From Chiloscyllium plagiosum (Eukaryota), in the NCBI RefSeq assembly GCF_004010195.1, contig NC_057718.1, forward strand, positions 16,646,192-16,710,191: 64,000 bases of DNA, in the 5' to 3' direction. Made by a program: the position numbers and the translations under genes. A model generated the notes under the pieces. It saw only the letters and a program-made list of their open reading frames with translations. It had not been told where the DNA came from and did no database searches. Below, piece after piece: positions 12,346-24,478 of the stretch (position 1 is its first letter; every line of letters starts with the position of its first letter).

Positions 12346-13568
12346 CAATGAGGAGTGACCCTTGATCAATGACCTTATTTAGAACATGTCAATTAATTCC
12401 CAATTAATAGGGTCCGATTCTCTCAGAAAGATAATCCTTCATCCAAAGAAGAAACAGTCCTGTCAATTGAGCTGGTTATGCCCATAGATGAGACCTTATG
12501 TCATTGTTGACCTATTGGAACGGAGTACCATATTAAAACATGTCATGGATGAGTACGTTCTGAGAGCAAATAACACACTAAAGAAATTAAATTTAGAGAA
12601 ATCTGTATGACAGTTTCCAGCCTTGGGTGATCCAAAAGTTACAAAGTTAGTTATTTTTAGCAATACTTCAGAGAACATAGAACAATACAACGCAGAGCAG
12701 GCCCTTCGGCCATCGATGTTGCAATGATCTGTGAACTAATCTAAACCAATCACCTTACACTATCCCATCATCATCCATATGCTTATCCAAGGATTGTTTA
12801 AATTCCCTAATGTGGCTGAGTTAACTACATTGGCAGGCAGGGCATTCCATGCCCTTATCACTCTCTGAGTAAAGAACCTGCCTCTGGCATCTGTCTTAAA
12901 TCTAACACCCCTCAATTTTTAGCTATGCCCTCTCATACAAGTGGATATCATCATCCCAGGAAAAAAACTCTCACTGTCCACCTTATCTAATCCTTTGATC
13001 ATCTTATACGTCTGTATTAAATCCCCTCTTAGCCTGCTTCTCTCTAATGAGAACAGACCCAAGTCCCTCAGCCTTTCCTCATAAGACCTTCACTCTAGAC
13101 CAGGCAACATCCTGATAAATCTCCTCTGCACCTTTTCCAATGCTTCCACATCCTTCCTGTAATAAGGTGACCAGAACTGCACACAATACTCCAAATGAGG
13201 CTGCACTAGCGTTTTGTACAGTTGCAGCATGACATCACAGCTTCGGAGCTCAAGCCCTCTACCAATAAAACATAACATACTGTATGCCTTCTTAACAGCA
13301 CTATCAACCGGGTGGCAACTTTCAGAGATCTATGTACATGGACACCAAGATCCCTCTGCACATCCACACTACCAAGAATCTTTCCATTGACCCAGTATTC
13401 TGCCTTCTTGTTATTCTTCCCAAAGTGAATCACCTCACATTTATCTGCACTGAACTCTATTTCAGTCCAATTCTGCAGTTAATCCAAGTCTCTTTGCAAC
13501 CTGCAACATTCTTCCACACTGTCCACCACTCCGCATTTTCTCCAATAGCATACTATATGGAACATTAC

Positions 13569-13710
13569 TGGTGGAAATGTGTTGCTGGAAAAGCGCAGCA
13601 GGTCAGGCAGCATCCAGGGAACAGGAGAATCGACGTTTCGGGCATAAGCCCTTCTTCAGGAATAATTATTTCCAGCTCTGATCTCCAGCATCTGCAGACC
13701 TCACTTTCTC
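13569..13710. mobile_element. Penelope-like short insertion (family A), partly inverted, 16-bp TSD
   Basis: TSD ctatatggaacattac at 13553-13568 and 13711-13726; the first part is inverted relative to the last part. Confidence 0.8.
13628..13663 (-). ncRNA. Minimal type-I hammerhead ribozyme motif
   Basis: Minus strand: uc-CUGAAGA-A-GGGC-UUAU-GCCC-GAAACGUC-ga. Intact core boxes, 4-bp helix II, palindromic ACGU in place of helix III, predicted cleavage after GUC. Confidence 0.7.
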
Positions 13711-14424
13711 CTATATGGAACATTACCAAAGGTATTACTGAAGTCCATGTACACCATGTCAACTGCCCTTTCCTCATCCACATGCTTGGTCACCTTCTCA
13801 AAAAACTCAATAAGGTTTGTGAGATATGACCTGCCCTTGACGAATCCATGCTGACTATTTCCAGTCAAATTGTTGTTTGCTAGATGATTATAAATCCTAT
13901 ATCTTATAATCTTTTCCAAAACTTTTCCTACAACTGACATAAGGCTCATTGGTCTATAATTACTTGGGTCATCTCTACTGCCCTTCTTGATCAAGGGCAC
14001 AACATTTGTAATCCTTCACAAGCCAATCATCCAGATGTATATTCTAGGATGGCAGAGATCTTCATATTTTTGGTGGGAAAGAAAAATAAATGTAACCCAC
14101 AGCTGGGAAACCAAGTAAAAATATAAAGTTTAATTTTAAAAACTTCGGCTAATGAAACACTGGCACTAGTACAAGCAATTGCGACAAAAGCATTAGGTGC
14201 CCTTGAAGAGGGACATCTTGTAGTGTGATAAAAATATAGATTATTGAAAGGAGGGCATGGAATATAGTGTTAGTAAATATGGATTATTTTTTCTTTATTT
14301 GCTTCATAATTATTTCCACATGTGAAGAAGAGCTTTTTTAAAATGGGAATATTGGGTGTGTGAACGGGTTGGTTGAATTAAAATGTGTACGGTAACGGAA
14401 ATTAAAAAACAATTATTTGAGATA

Positions 14425-14535
14425 CTTTCCAATCAACCTATTCAGATGTTATCTCACACATCCGGAGCAGGTGGAACTTGGGTACAGGCCTCTAGTTCAG
14501 AGGTAGGGATACTACCAATGTGCCACAGGGGTCCA
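14425..14535 (-). mobile_element. Short tRNA-derived SINE
   Basis: Reverse complement of the 10822-10940 family. Confidence 0.6.
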
Positions 14536-15225
14536 TTTATGTACTTTTTTGATTAGTTTTGGAAATATTGTTACTATATGTAAATTTAAACAAAAGAAAG
14601 GAATTTGTTACTGATTAGTTAATGACATTGTTAAGTTTGATAATGTCTTTATTTAAGGTTAAGAAAAACAGGCAGTGGCTATTAATTCTCTGATCGCTGT
14701 AACTCTGGGTGTGAAATGAGAGGTAAGAATGAGGAAGTCAATAAACTTCCTCCACAAAAGAAAAAAATGTCTTGATTTCAATTTCTCCAACTGGCCTTGA
14801 ATCTATTAACACTGATTACCATTTGTTCAATGGAACTGTTTGCTGGCCAAATCCATAGGCAATATGGGCCAAACAGATTTCCAGTGAAAAAAACAATTTA
14901 ATTTACATTATTCAGGATAGAAATAAATAGAACTTAAGATAGAATTTGGATTGCTTTACCACGTATTTCCATCTGTTGTAAGTATTAAACATTCATGGGT
15001 TAAATGGAGTACAGCCCCTGAGCCATTCTATTCTTCTTAGATGCACTGATCTCTTTCAAATGTCTCCTAAATACTTCGAATAAAGATGAAAATAAGCTGA
15101 TAAACTCTTTGGCTAGCAAGTCAACCTCAAAGTATTGCAGCTTATTAGTAATTCATTAGTGATCCATCGCTTTTTAGATTAATAAGTACCTTAGAAACAA
15201 TTGAGGACTCATGTTCAAACTAAAT

Positions 15226-15500
15226 TGGCTGTTAAATGAGAAGAAATAATCTTTCACTTGTCAAAGTGGTATTACATAGAAATAGACTTTCCATTGAAAT
15301 ATAGGAGATGTAAGAGAGGTAAAACATACTCTTGGCAACAAACCTAATTTAGTAATCTGTTTTTAACCTCAAAATCAATTTTAAAACTTGTAGGCACAGG
15401 TGCACGTTATAAATGGCTCCTTACTGTTTATTGAATATTTTCAGTTGATGCTGTGGATTCTTAAAGACACTACAAACTCGAGGCTCAGCTTGTTCAGAAG
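15226..15500 (+). pseudogene. EYA3: Probable upstream fragment of the same EYA3 retrocopy (WDLDETIIIFHS ... QVHV ... GVQGG region)
   Basis: tggctgttaaatgagaagaaataatctttcact resembles WDLDETIIIFHS. caggtgcacgtt (QVHV) lies 139 nt after FH, versus ~138 expected from the recalled EYA3 protein. gttcagaagga resembles VQGG and sits at the CR1 junction. Heavily degraded. Confidence 0.55.
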
Positions 15501-17037
15501 GATACTTAATTGGCTTAGTGGTAGGAGACAGAGTAATGTTGGAGGGTTGTTTTTTTCAGACTGGAGGCCTGTGAACTATTGGTGTTCCATAGGGATCATT
15601 CTGGGTCCTCTTTTGTTTGTCATTTAATTAAATGATTTGGATGAAAATATAGAAGGGATGGTTAGTAAGTTTGTGGATGACACCAAAGTTGGTGGTATAG
15701 TAGAGAGTGAAGATGGTTTTCTAAGATTACAAAGGGATAGTGACCAATGAGTCAATTGCTAAAAAATGATAGATGGAGTTCAATCTGGATAAAAATGACG
15801 TATTGCATTTTGATACAGGTAGTTCTGAGATAAAGCGTGTTTCGGCAGCACTATTTGGCTGTAACATCTTTGAATAATTAGGGAACAGTATTTTGGAGAA
15901 CACTTACTTTGATTGGCAATAGCATAATTCCAGCAGGGATCAGTTCATGTGCTTCGTTCTACGCATGTGTCAATGTCAGCTGCTGACAGAGCAGTTTTCT
16001 GTGAGAGGTACTGTACAGATAGCAGCTTTCTTGCATTATTCAAATGTACTGTTAAATTTACTTTTGTTTTGTTAATAAATATAATTTCAACTTTCATTTA
16101 GGCTGAGCTATACTTTGCAGTCGACTTTTGGGAGATTTTTGAGTGATCGTGAGTGATATTTATTGCTAGTCTGCCCCTAACCTCACTTTCCCCATAGGTC
16201 CTATTATTTCTATTAAGCTATTTTCTGTGAAGCGAGGTTTTGCTGGAATCTAACTATATGTTAAAGGAGAAATACCTGTACAATAAACAAGGGTAAGGCT
16301 TATACAATTAGTGGTAGCCCTTGGTAGTGTTGCAGAACAGAGGGACCTAGAGGTGCAGGTACATAATTTTTGAAGTTTGCATTACATATAGACAGGATAG
16401 TTAATAAGGCATTTGGTATGCTTGCCTTCATTGCACAGTCTTTGAGTATAGGAGTTGGGAAGTCATATTGAGGTTGTACAGGACATTGGTGAGGCCTCTT
16501 CTGGAATACTCCGTCCAGTTCTGGTCACCCAGATATAGGAAGGATATTATCAAACTGGATAGGGTTCGGAAGAGATTTATCAAGATGTTGCCAGGCATGG
16601 AATGTTTGAGTTGCACAGAAAGGCTGAGAGGCTGGGACGTTTTTCACTGGAGTGTAGGAGATTGAGAGCTGACCTGATAGAAGTTTATAAAATAATGAGA
16701 GGTATAGATAGAATTAGTGGCAGTTGCCTTTTCCCTAGAATGGGGGATTTCAAGACTAGGAGGCAAATTCTTAAGGTGAGAAGAGAGGGATTTAAAAAAG
16801 ATACGAGGCAATTTTTTTTTACACAGAGGGTGGTTCGCATGTGGAATGAACTTCCTGAGAAAGTAGTGGATGTGAGTACAAATACAACGTTTAAAAGACA
16901 TTTGGATAAATATATGAATAGGAAAGATTCATAGTGATATGGGCCAGGAACAGGCAGGTGAGTCAAGTTTAGTTTGGGATTATGTTCAGCATGGACTAGT
17001 GGACTGAAGGGTCTATTTCCATGCTGTATGACTATGA
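15500..17037 (+). mobile_element. CR1, RT + 3' end, interrupted by a MITE
   Basis: [39 protein letters not shown] motifs; tail tatgactatga. Confidence 0.93.
15816..16278. mobile_element. Tigger/pogo-like MITE (463 bp)
   Basis: TA at 15814-15 and 16279-80; imperfect TIRs CAGGTAGTTCT.. / CAGGTATTTCT..; splits the CR1 cleanly at the LHF/NKG codons. Confidence 0.85.
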
Positions 17038-17092
17038 GTAGGCCACTGATGTAAAGAATTGGGGATTTTCATATACAGAATTAGTACAAATA
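17038..17092 (+). pseudogene. EYA3: Possible EYA3 sliver (VDWMRKLAFRYRKV) between two CR1 insertions
   Basis: gtaggccactgatgtaaagaattggggattttcatatacagaattagtac loosely resembles GVDWMRKLAFRYRKV codons and is in the expected colinear position. Confidence 0.4.
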
Positions 17093-17449
17093 TAGAATCA
17101 TAGAATTTTTTAGCACAAAGGAGGGCATTTAACCCTTCTTGAGTGTATTGGCTCCTGAGGGAGCTACGCAGCTTGTCCCATTCTCCAGTCCAATGTCCGT
17201 AATGTTCTAAGTTCATCACTTTCAAATATATATCCAGCTCTCTTTTGAAGCCTCCTATGGAATCTGCCTCCACCATTTTCCTAGATAGTGCATTCCAAAT
17301 CCTAACAACTCTCGGAGTAAAGAAGTTTCTCCTCATCTCAGTCCTAGATGCCTGGCTGACAAGCTTGAAACGGTGACCCCTAGTTACTGATAAATCAACT
17401 AATGGAAACAGAATATCCTTCTTCACCCTATCAAATTTTGAACAATTCC
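17092..17449 (-). mobile_element. CR1 3' end
   Basis: TRGHRFKL, NFFTPRVVRIWNAL motifs; (ttctatga) tail. Confidence 0.88.
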
Positions 17450-17815
17450 TTACAATAGTTAAGAGCTGATATTGAAGTTTCAACTGACTCCTGCCAGAAA
17501 CTATACTCAATCACTATTGTTAATTCAATCAAAAAGAAACTGCGTTAACATCCTGGTCACAACAACAATTACTTCCAGTTAAAGTGGTACTGTATAAACA
17601 TGGAGAGATGTTCCCTACTGAAAATATTTACAGTACCACAAAAATAGGCAAAGTTGTTTTCAGCAGATTGTGTTCAGATTTGTGAAGGAAGTTACATATG
17701 TAGTCATTGGGGATGGTCGGGATGAGGAATATAGAGCACAACATGCCATTTTGAAAGTTTGGATAATGATGATCTGATATCATTTTATCAAGCTTTGGAA
17801 TTGAATTACCTGTGA
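17450..17815 (+). pseudogene. EYA3: Processed EYA3 pseudogene, C-terminal Eya phosphatase domain
   Basis: Frameshifted translation LQ*LRADIEVSTDS..SLLLIQSKRNCVNILVTTT..KVVLYKHGEMFPTENIYSTTKIGK..CFQQIVFRFVKEVTYVVIGDGRDEE..HNMPF*..DLISFYQALELNYL*. It matches the EYA C-terminus, with EYA3-type residues (SLLLIQS, VTYVVIGDGRDEE). It is contiguous with no introns and carries stops and indels. Confidence 0.88.
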
Positions 17816-18292
17816 GCAACTGAAAAAAGAACGAGCTCAGCAATTACAACAGATGTCTTACACCCTGTTTTAGGATGGAGCAGTAATTTTATTCATTGTG
17901 ATTCTTGTTTAACCTGGGATGAACCAGTTAGGACTGTGGGCTATTGAACTATGTGAACAAATTGCTTGTCTAATGTCAGACATTAACTTAAAAGTAAATA
18001 TGTACAAATATGCACTTCCTCAAGAACACTAGGAAGTTAAATTACTGCCCATTTGTGTATAAGAAAAATCATATCTGAAACCTCTGGCATTAGTATTGAG
18101 GCTTTGTGTAAAACATTGTTTTAGAAACTTTACTGTATAAATGTTCCTGAATATAACATACTTCAGCATTATCTACACATCAACCCTAATCCAGCATTGG
18201 GAGTTGGGAGTTTCAGTTGCAGAAATGCATTGGAATTTGATGAATTTGATGAGAAGTATAAGTAAAAGTTTTGCCTTTTAAAAAAAAAATGC

Positions 18293-18590
18293 AAGCAGCA
18301 CAGTGTTTCAATGGTAAGCACTACTGCCTCACAGCACCAGGAACACGGGTTCAATTCCAACCTCGGGTGACTGTCTGTGTGGGTTTCCTCCAGATGCTCC
18401 GGTTTCTTCCCAGTGTGCAGTTTAGGTGGATTAGATATGCTAAATTGCCCATAGTATCTAGGGATGTGTGGATTAGCTATGAGGAATGCAGGGTTACAGC
18501 AATAGTGTTAGGGTGAAATGCTCTTCAGACGGTCGGTGTGGACTTGATAGGCTGAATGGCCTGCTTCCACACCGTAGTGATTCCACGATC
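18293..18590 (+). mobile_element. HE1-type SINE
   Basis: Homologous to 9706-10058. Confidence 0.88.
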
Positions 18591-19073
18591 ATCTCAATAA
18601 GGGTCACCTTTTAATTTTTATATATTCTTTATTCGTATACTATGTTGTTACAAACTGCATTCTAGAAATTAATACCTTCATGGAGAAATCAATGTGACAG
18701 TTAAATTAGTAAACAAAAATTAGGCCAAATTCACTGATTCGTCATTGTTATTATTTTGCTGTCTTCGAAATTTTGTTTGGAAGTTTTTTCATGTTGCTGG
18801 TTGGTATTTTATGTTCTCACTTGCAATGTATTGTTTAATAAACCCACTGTCTGTGATTTATCATTGTGGTATGAATACAAAATTCAAGCGGCAAGTTGCA
18901 TTTCTGTCACAGATGTTTGCATGGCGAAGAAAACAATGGACAAAAATGAGATATATGAAATTTCTATCCACCACCTTCTCAAGGGCTGGTGGGATGGGCA
19001 ATAAATGCTGGCTAGCCAGTAAAACTCACCTCCCATGAGTGAATTAAAAAATGTATAAAGATTTCTAAAATGC

Positions 19074-20325
19074 ACATAGAGCATGGAAACAAACCCTTCA
19101 GTCCAACTCGGCCACGACAACCACTGAACTTGTCCTGTTTGTCAGCATTTGCCCTATATCCCTCTAAACCCTTTCTATTCATATACCAATCCAGATGCCT
19201 CTTAAATGTTGAAATTGTACCAGCCTCCATCACTTCCTCTGGCAGCTCTTTCCATACACACAGCATCATCTGTGTGAAAAATGTATCACTTAGGTGCTTT
19301 TTGAATCTTACCGTTCTCATCTTAAAGCTATATTTCTAGTTTTGGACTCTCCCACCCGAAGAAAAAGACCTTGATTGTTCACCTTATCCACATTCCTCAT
19401 GATTTTATAAACCTCCAACAGTTCACCCCTCAGTCTGCAATGCTCCAAGGAAAAAAGCTCCAGCCTATTCAGTCTCGCCCTATAGCTCAAACTGTCCAGT
19501 CCTGGCAACATCCTTGCAAATCTTTTCTGTACAAGTTTAACAGCATCCTTCCTATAGAAGAGAGAACAGAATTGTACACAGTATTCTGAGAGTGGCCGCG
19601 CCAATGTCCTGTACAGCAGCAACATGATGTCCCAATTCCAATACTCAACGTTCTGACCAATAAAGGCAAGCATGGCAAATACCTTCTTCACTATCTTGTC
19701 TACCTCCAATTCCACCTTAAAAAAATATGCATCTCTCTCTTTGTAGAGCAACACTCCCCAGAACCCTACCAGTAACTGTATAAGTCCTGTCCTGACTTCC
19801 CATTCCGAAATGCATCACCACACATTTATCTAAATTAAACTCCATCTGCCACTCCTTGGCCCATTGGCCCATCTGATCAAGATCCCATTGTACTCTGAGA
19901 TAATTTCGCTGTCAACCACGCCATCTATTTTAGTGTCATCTGCAAGCTTACTAATCATGCCTCCTATATTCACATCCAAATAATTTGTACAAATGACAAA
20001 AAGCAGTGGACCGAGCACAGACCCTTGTGGCACACCAATGGTTACAGACCTCCAGTTCAAAAAGCAACCCTATCACCATTCTCTGTTTCTTAATTTCAAG
20101 TCAATTTTGTATGCAATTGGCTAGTTCCCCCGAGATCCCACATGATCTAACCTTTCTCACTCATTTACCATATGAAAATTTTTTGAACACTTTGCTGAAG
20201 TCCATATAGTCAATGCTCTGCCTTCTTTGTCACCTCTTCAAAAAATTTACTCAAGTAGTGAGACACGATTTCCAAAACACAAAGCTATGTTGACTATCCC
20301 TAGTCAGTCCTTGCCTTTGCAAAAG
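19074..20325 (-). mobile_element. CR1 LINE, 5'-truncated
   Basis: [30 protein letters not shown] motifs. Confidence 0.93.
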
Positions 20326-20654
20326 CTTGTAAACCAAATGCAACAAACCCAGGTTAAGCCTGTCTTTGCCAGATTTTCCAATGAATGGCAGTCACAGTCA
20401 GATAGTCACTCCACACTTATGTTTTTTGTTAAGACAGAGCTTCACATTTCTGGCAGGAGATTCCAATCATGGCTCCTTCAGTAATGTACTATGTACCTTT
20501 CATCCAACTGTGTCCTTTTACTGCAGGACAGCTGAGGGAAGGCAAAAAAAATCTCCATCTTTCATAACAGTAGTTGCGGTATTCCAAGATTTAAATGTCC
20601 AACATTACCAGCATTTTCACAGCTCCTGCAAAACTGTAAATATGTAAGCTAAGT

Positions 20655-20900
20655 GTAAGGTTAGGGCCAGGGAATCAAGTAGTAGGATGCCAAGCATGTT
20701 AAGGTAGGTTGGGGTGGGTAGGGAAATGGTGGGTGTTAGGTCCAGCAATGGGGAAAGAGGGGTGTTGTGTCCCAGCATGAGTTGGGGTGGCAGTAGAGGT
20801 CTGATGACAAGGGACTGAGGTATCTGGTCTGGCAGTAGGGTTGGAGGGAGGTTGTTGTGTCCCTGCTGGGAGGGGAGTGTTGTGTCAGAATCCAGGGGTG
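20655..20900. repeat. G-rich degenerate tandem repeat (~30-nt units, gtgttgtgtcc..ggg)
   Basis: Recurrent gtgttaggtcc / gtgttgtgtcc / gttgttgtgtcc / gtgttgtgtca separated by G-runs. Confidence 0.5.
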
Positions 20901-21503
20901 CAACCGGTCTAAGAATTTGTATTACAGCTGTTTGTGGTAGGTTCAGCGGTCTGTTTAACAGTTACCCAGGAGTTAGACTTGATTGTTACTCATCCAACTT
21001 CAATTTCTCGGGCAATTCCTTTGAGGCTAGTATTTGGGTATTCCACAGGATTCTTATGCATTATTCCCATCTACACCACAGAAATTACTACCTTGCCATC
21101 GGAAAATTCATTAAATCTGTTGGTTCCTGGCCAATGTGGAAAGACCCTCTGTCTTAAAGTGTAACTAAAATAGCATAGTTGGAGTAAACAATGTTTTAGC
21201 CTTGATGGGTAACAAGTAAAAGTATTATCAATAATGCCATAACTAACCTCAAATTTTGTTTTAAGTTAAATTAATTCTATGTTTATTAAAGGATACTACC
21301 ACAGGTTGAACATGAATGTACATCATTATGAAACATTGTGTAGCAGGTTTCTGGCAGCAAGTATGATGCCACAAAACTTGAAGTCTGAACAGGCGGAAAG
21401 GGCATGGGTGACCACAAGGCAGAATAGAGGAAGGCAAATAGTGCAGGAGTCCCCTGTGGCCATCCCCCTTTCTAACAGACACATTGTTTAGGATACGGTT
21501 GGG

Positions 21504-21647
21504 GCATAAGCCCTTCTTCAGGATTCAGTGCTTATGCCCGAAACGTCGATTCTCCTGTTCCCTGGATGCTGCCTGACCTGCTGCGCTTTTCCAGCAACAC
21601 ATTTTCAGCTCTGATCTCCAGCATCTGCAGACCTCACTTTCTCCTCC
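21504..21647 (+). mobile_element. Penelope-like short insertion (family A), 15-bp TSD
   Basis: TSD taggatacggttggg at 21489-21503 and 21648-21662; short inverted head made of the hammerhead core. Confidence 0.8.
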
Positions 21648-22237
21648 TAGGATACGGTTGGGACATATGACTGTGTAGGGGAAAGCAGCAGGAGCCAACT
21701 TCATTGGGTGGGTCTAGTGCACAATACGGGTAAAGGAAGAATAGAAGGGCTACAGTTGTAGGAGAGTTGGAACAGACAGATGTTTCACTGCCACGAAAAT
21801 GATTCCAGGATGGTATGTTGCCTCTCTGGTGCCACAGTCAGGATGTCACTGAATAGCTATTCTGAAGGGGAAGAAAAAATAGAGATTGTGGCACATATTA
21901 GTACCAATGATACATGAGGTCCTGCAAACAGTCTTGAAGGAGCTAGGAAATAGATTAAAGAACAGGACCAAAAAGGTAGTCATTTCTGGATTACTTCTGT
22001 TACCATGTACTAGTGAGTATAGAAATAGGAGTTTCGTCCAGATGAGTGTGTGGCTGGAGGGACAGCGCAGGAGGGAGGACTTTAGATTTCAGGGACATTG
22101 GTAGAGTTTGTAAAGGTGCTGTGATGTGTATAACGTGGATGGGTTGAATGGATGGTATTCAGAAAGAAGGTTCAGCAGGGGGAGATCAATGGCCAAAATT
22201 AGGAGAGACAGCAAGTGAGTCAAGAAAGCATAGAAAT

Positions 22238-22410
22238 TATAGGAGCAGGAGAGTCGATGTTTCGGGCAAAAGCCCTTCATCCATTCCTGATGAAGGTCTT
22301 ATGCTCAAAACGTTGACTCTCCTGCTCCTCAGATGCTGCCTGGCCTGCTGTGCTTTTCTGGCACCACACTCTTCGACTCTGATCTCCAGCATCTGCAGTC
22401 CTCACTTTCT
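22238..22410 (+). mobile_element. Penelope-like short insertion (family A), inverted head, 9-bp TSD
   Basis: catagaaat at 22229-22237 and 22411-22419; contains a mutated ctgatgaaggtcttatgctcaaaacgtt core. Confidence 0.75.
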
Positions 22411-22717
22411 CATAGAAATGAAAGTTCAGTTAAGGCACAAGGGAGTTTGGCAAGGTTGGTATGGTATTTATTTTAATTCAAGGAACCTGATGAACAAAGC
22501 AAATGAGTTGAAAAGTATTGTTCCTCAGATGCTGCCTGGCCTGCTGTGCTTTTCTGGCACCACACTCTTCGACTCTGATCTCCAGCATCTGCAGTCCTCA
22601 CTTTCTCATAGAAATGAAAGGTCAGTTAAGGCACAAGGGAGTTTGGCAAGGTTGGTATGGTATTAATTTTAATTCAAGGAACCTGATGAACAAAGCAAAT
22701 GAGTTGAAAAGTATTGT
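22326..22717 (+). repeat. 196-bp tandem duplication
   Basis: 22326-22521 and 22522-22717 differ at 2 positions by eye. Confidence 0.95.
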
Positions 22718-22954
22718 AGTAGTGATAGGAGGGGATTTCAACTTCCATAATATTAACTGGGGTAGTCATAGTGTGAAATATTTAGAGGGAGCAGAATTCT
22801 TAAATGCATTCAGGTCGGCCTTTTAAACCAGTAGGTAGAAGGCCCTACAAATCAGGAAATGATCCTGGACTTAATTTTAGGTAATGAAACCAGCCAAGTT
22901 GTTAATTATCAGTGAGGGAGCAACTTGCAGACAGCAATCAAACTTTATTAGATT

Positions 22955-23115
22955 CAAAAACAGAAATTGTATCATCTGTGGACAGAAAGGGTCACTGGGT
23001 CTGAAATATTAACTCTGTTTTCTCTCCACAAATGCTGCCAGACCTACTGAGTTTTTCCTGCAATTTCTGGTTTTGTTTCTCATTTCCACCATCTGCAGAT
23101 TTTTGTCTTTTTTTT
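22955..23115 (+). mobile_element. Penelope-like short insertion (family C)
   Basis: aagggtcactgg..tgaaa..ttaactctg...atgctgccagacct.ctgagtttt; same family as 40532 and 53783. Confidence 0.65.
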
Positions 23116-24478
23116 TCCATTAGCTACAAGACTGTTATGGAAAAGGACAAGGGTGGGTGTGAAACTCTAAACTGGGGGAGGGCTGATTTTAATAAGATCA
23201 GATATAATTTGGCCAGAGTAGACTGGGAGCTGATACCTTTTCGGAAAATCTGTATCCGAACAGTGAGAGTATTCAAAAAGGAATGAGAAAGAACAGGGGC
23301 AAAATGTTCCAATAAAGACAAAGGATGGGACCAACAAATCCTCGCTATCAATGGATATATAAAGTTGGATAAAAAGAAGAAGGGAGGCTTGTGGCAGATA
23401 ACAAGGGCTCAAAACAGCAGAAGCTTTTGAGGAGCACAGATTGTGCAAGGGGAAACTTAAACAAGGAAATTAGGAGAGCAAAAAGGGGGCATAAAAGAAT
23501 AATGGCAGGTAAAATAACGCAAAGTCCTTCAGTCCTATGACAAGTATATTACAGATAAAAGGGTAACCGGGGAAAGAGTAGGCACTGTAGTAATTCATTC
23601 TTGGAGCTAGAAGATATGGGTAGGGTTCAAAATGAATACTTTGTGTCTTCGTGCAAGGGACGTGTGGGTATAGAAATCAGGGAGGAGAATTGTGATATAC
23701 TTAAAGAAGTTAAGACTGACAGAGAGGAGGCTCTGAAGGGTCTGGCAAAATTAAAAGTAGACAAATCTGTTGGGCTGGATGAGATGTACCTTAGGCTATT
23801 CAGTGAGGCATGGGAGAAAATAACAAGGGTACAGACAATAATTCTCAATTCAGAGGATTCCGAGTAATCCAAGATGGAGTACGGGAAAAATTGTGGCTGG
23901 AAGAGCTGCACCTTTTTTTGTGGTATTTTAATAGTTGGAGGTGATTTTCTTAAATTCCAGGAACAGCAATTCTTGTTTTATATGCTGTTGCTTTGTTTTG
24001 GAACTTTGGAGGAAAAAAAAGTCAAAACAACTACACTTTTAATGGGAGATGGTCAGAAAAAAGAAAAAAGGCATGGTCAGTGAAGGAGAGAGAGAAAGAA
24101 ACCGACTCTGCAAACTGACACAGCAGTGAATCTGCTCAGTTACTGCCTTTGCTGCTTGAATTTGTGTATCTCTGGATATCGGACTGTGTCTAGGAAAACT
24201 TCACAAACAGCAAAATTCAAACTAAACTTGGAGGAAACTGCAGGAGAGCTCACAGCACAGGAACAGATAAGTGCATAGTTTTAAGTGTAGCCTTGCTGTA
24301 AATCAACAAAAGTGAGTAGAGTAGATTCTTTGTTGCTTATCTGTTTTATTGAGATATGTCTCTTGATTAAAATTTAAAAATATAAGTCGTGAGTATTATG
24401 TTAGCCTGGAACAGTATTTTATTTTAGAGCAATAAGACAGTGCTATTTTCTGGGTCTGTAGATAGTGAAGGAGCAAAG

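Larger units (their letters stand above)
12671..14015 (-). mobile_element. CR1 LINE, 5'-truncated with an internal deletion near 13535
   Basis: NYRPMSLMSVVGK, SQHGFVKGRS, MDFS, LEYCVQFWSP motifs; (ttctatg)-type tail at 12671. Confidence 0.93.
21320..23850 (+). mobile_element. Older CR1, 5' part (ORF1 esterase region + endonuclease)
   Basis: RQIVQESPVAIPLSN, KKVVISGLL, FNSRNLMNKANEL, GGDFNFHNINW, VDKSVGLDEMY motifs; ends at IILNS. Confidence 0.88.

Noticed and set aside
14700..15225. Possible further 5' extension of the EYA3 retrocopy
   Set aside because: Only 2-3 codon resemblances, not distinguishable from chance by eye.
22148..22826. 172-aa and 102-aa ORFs with repeated peptide
   Set aside because: Chance read-through of a Penelope-like insert, CR1 and the 196-bp duplication.
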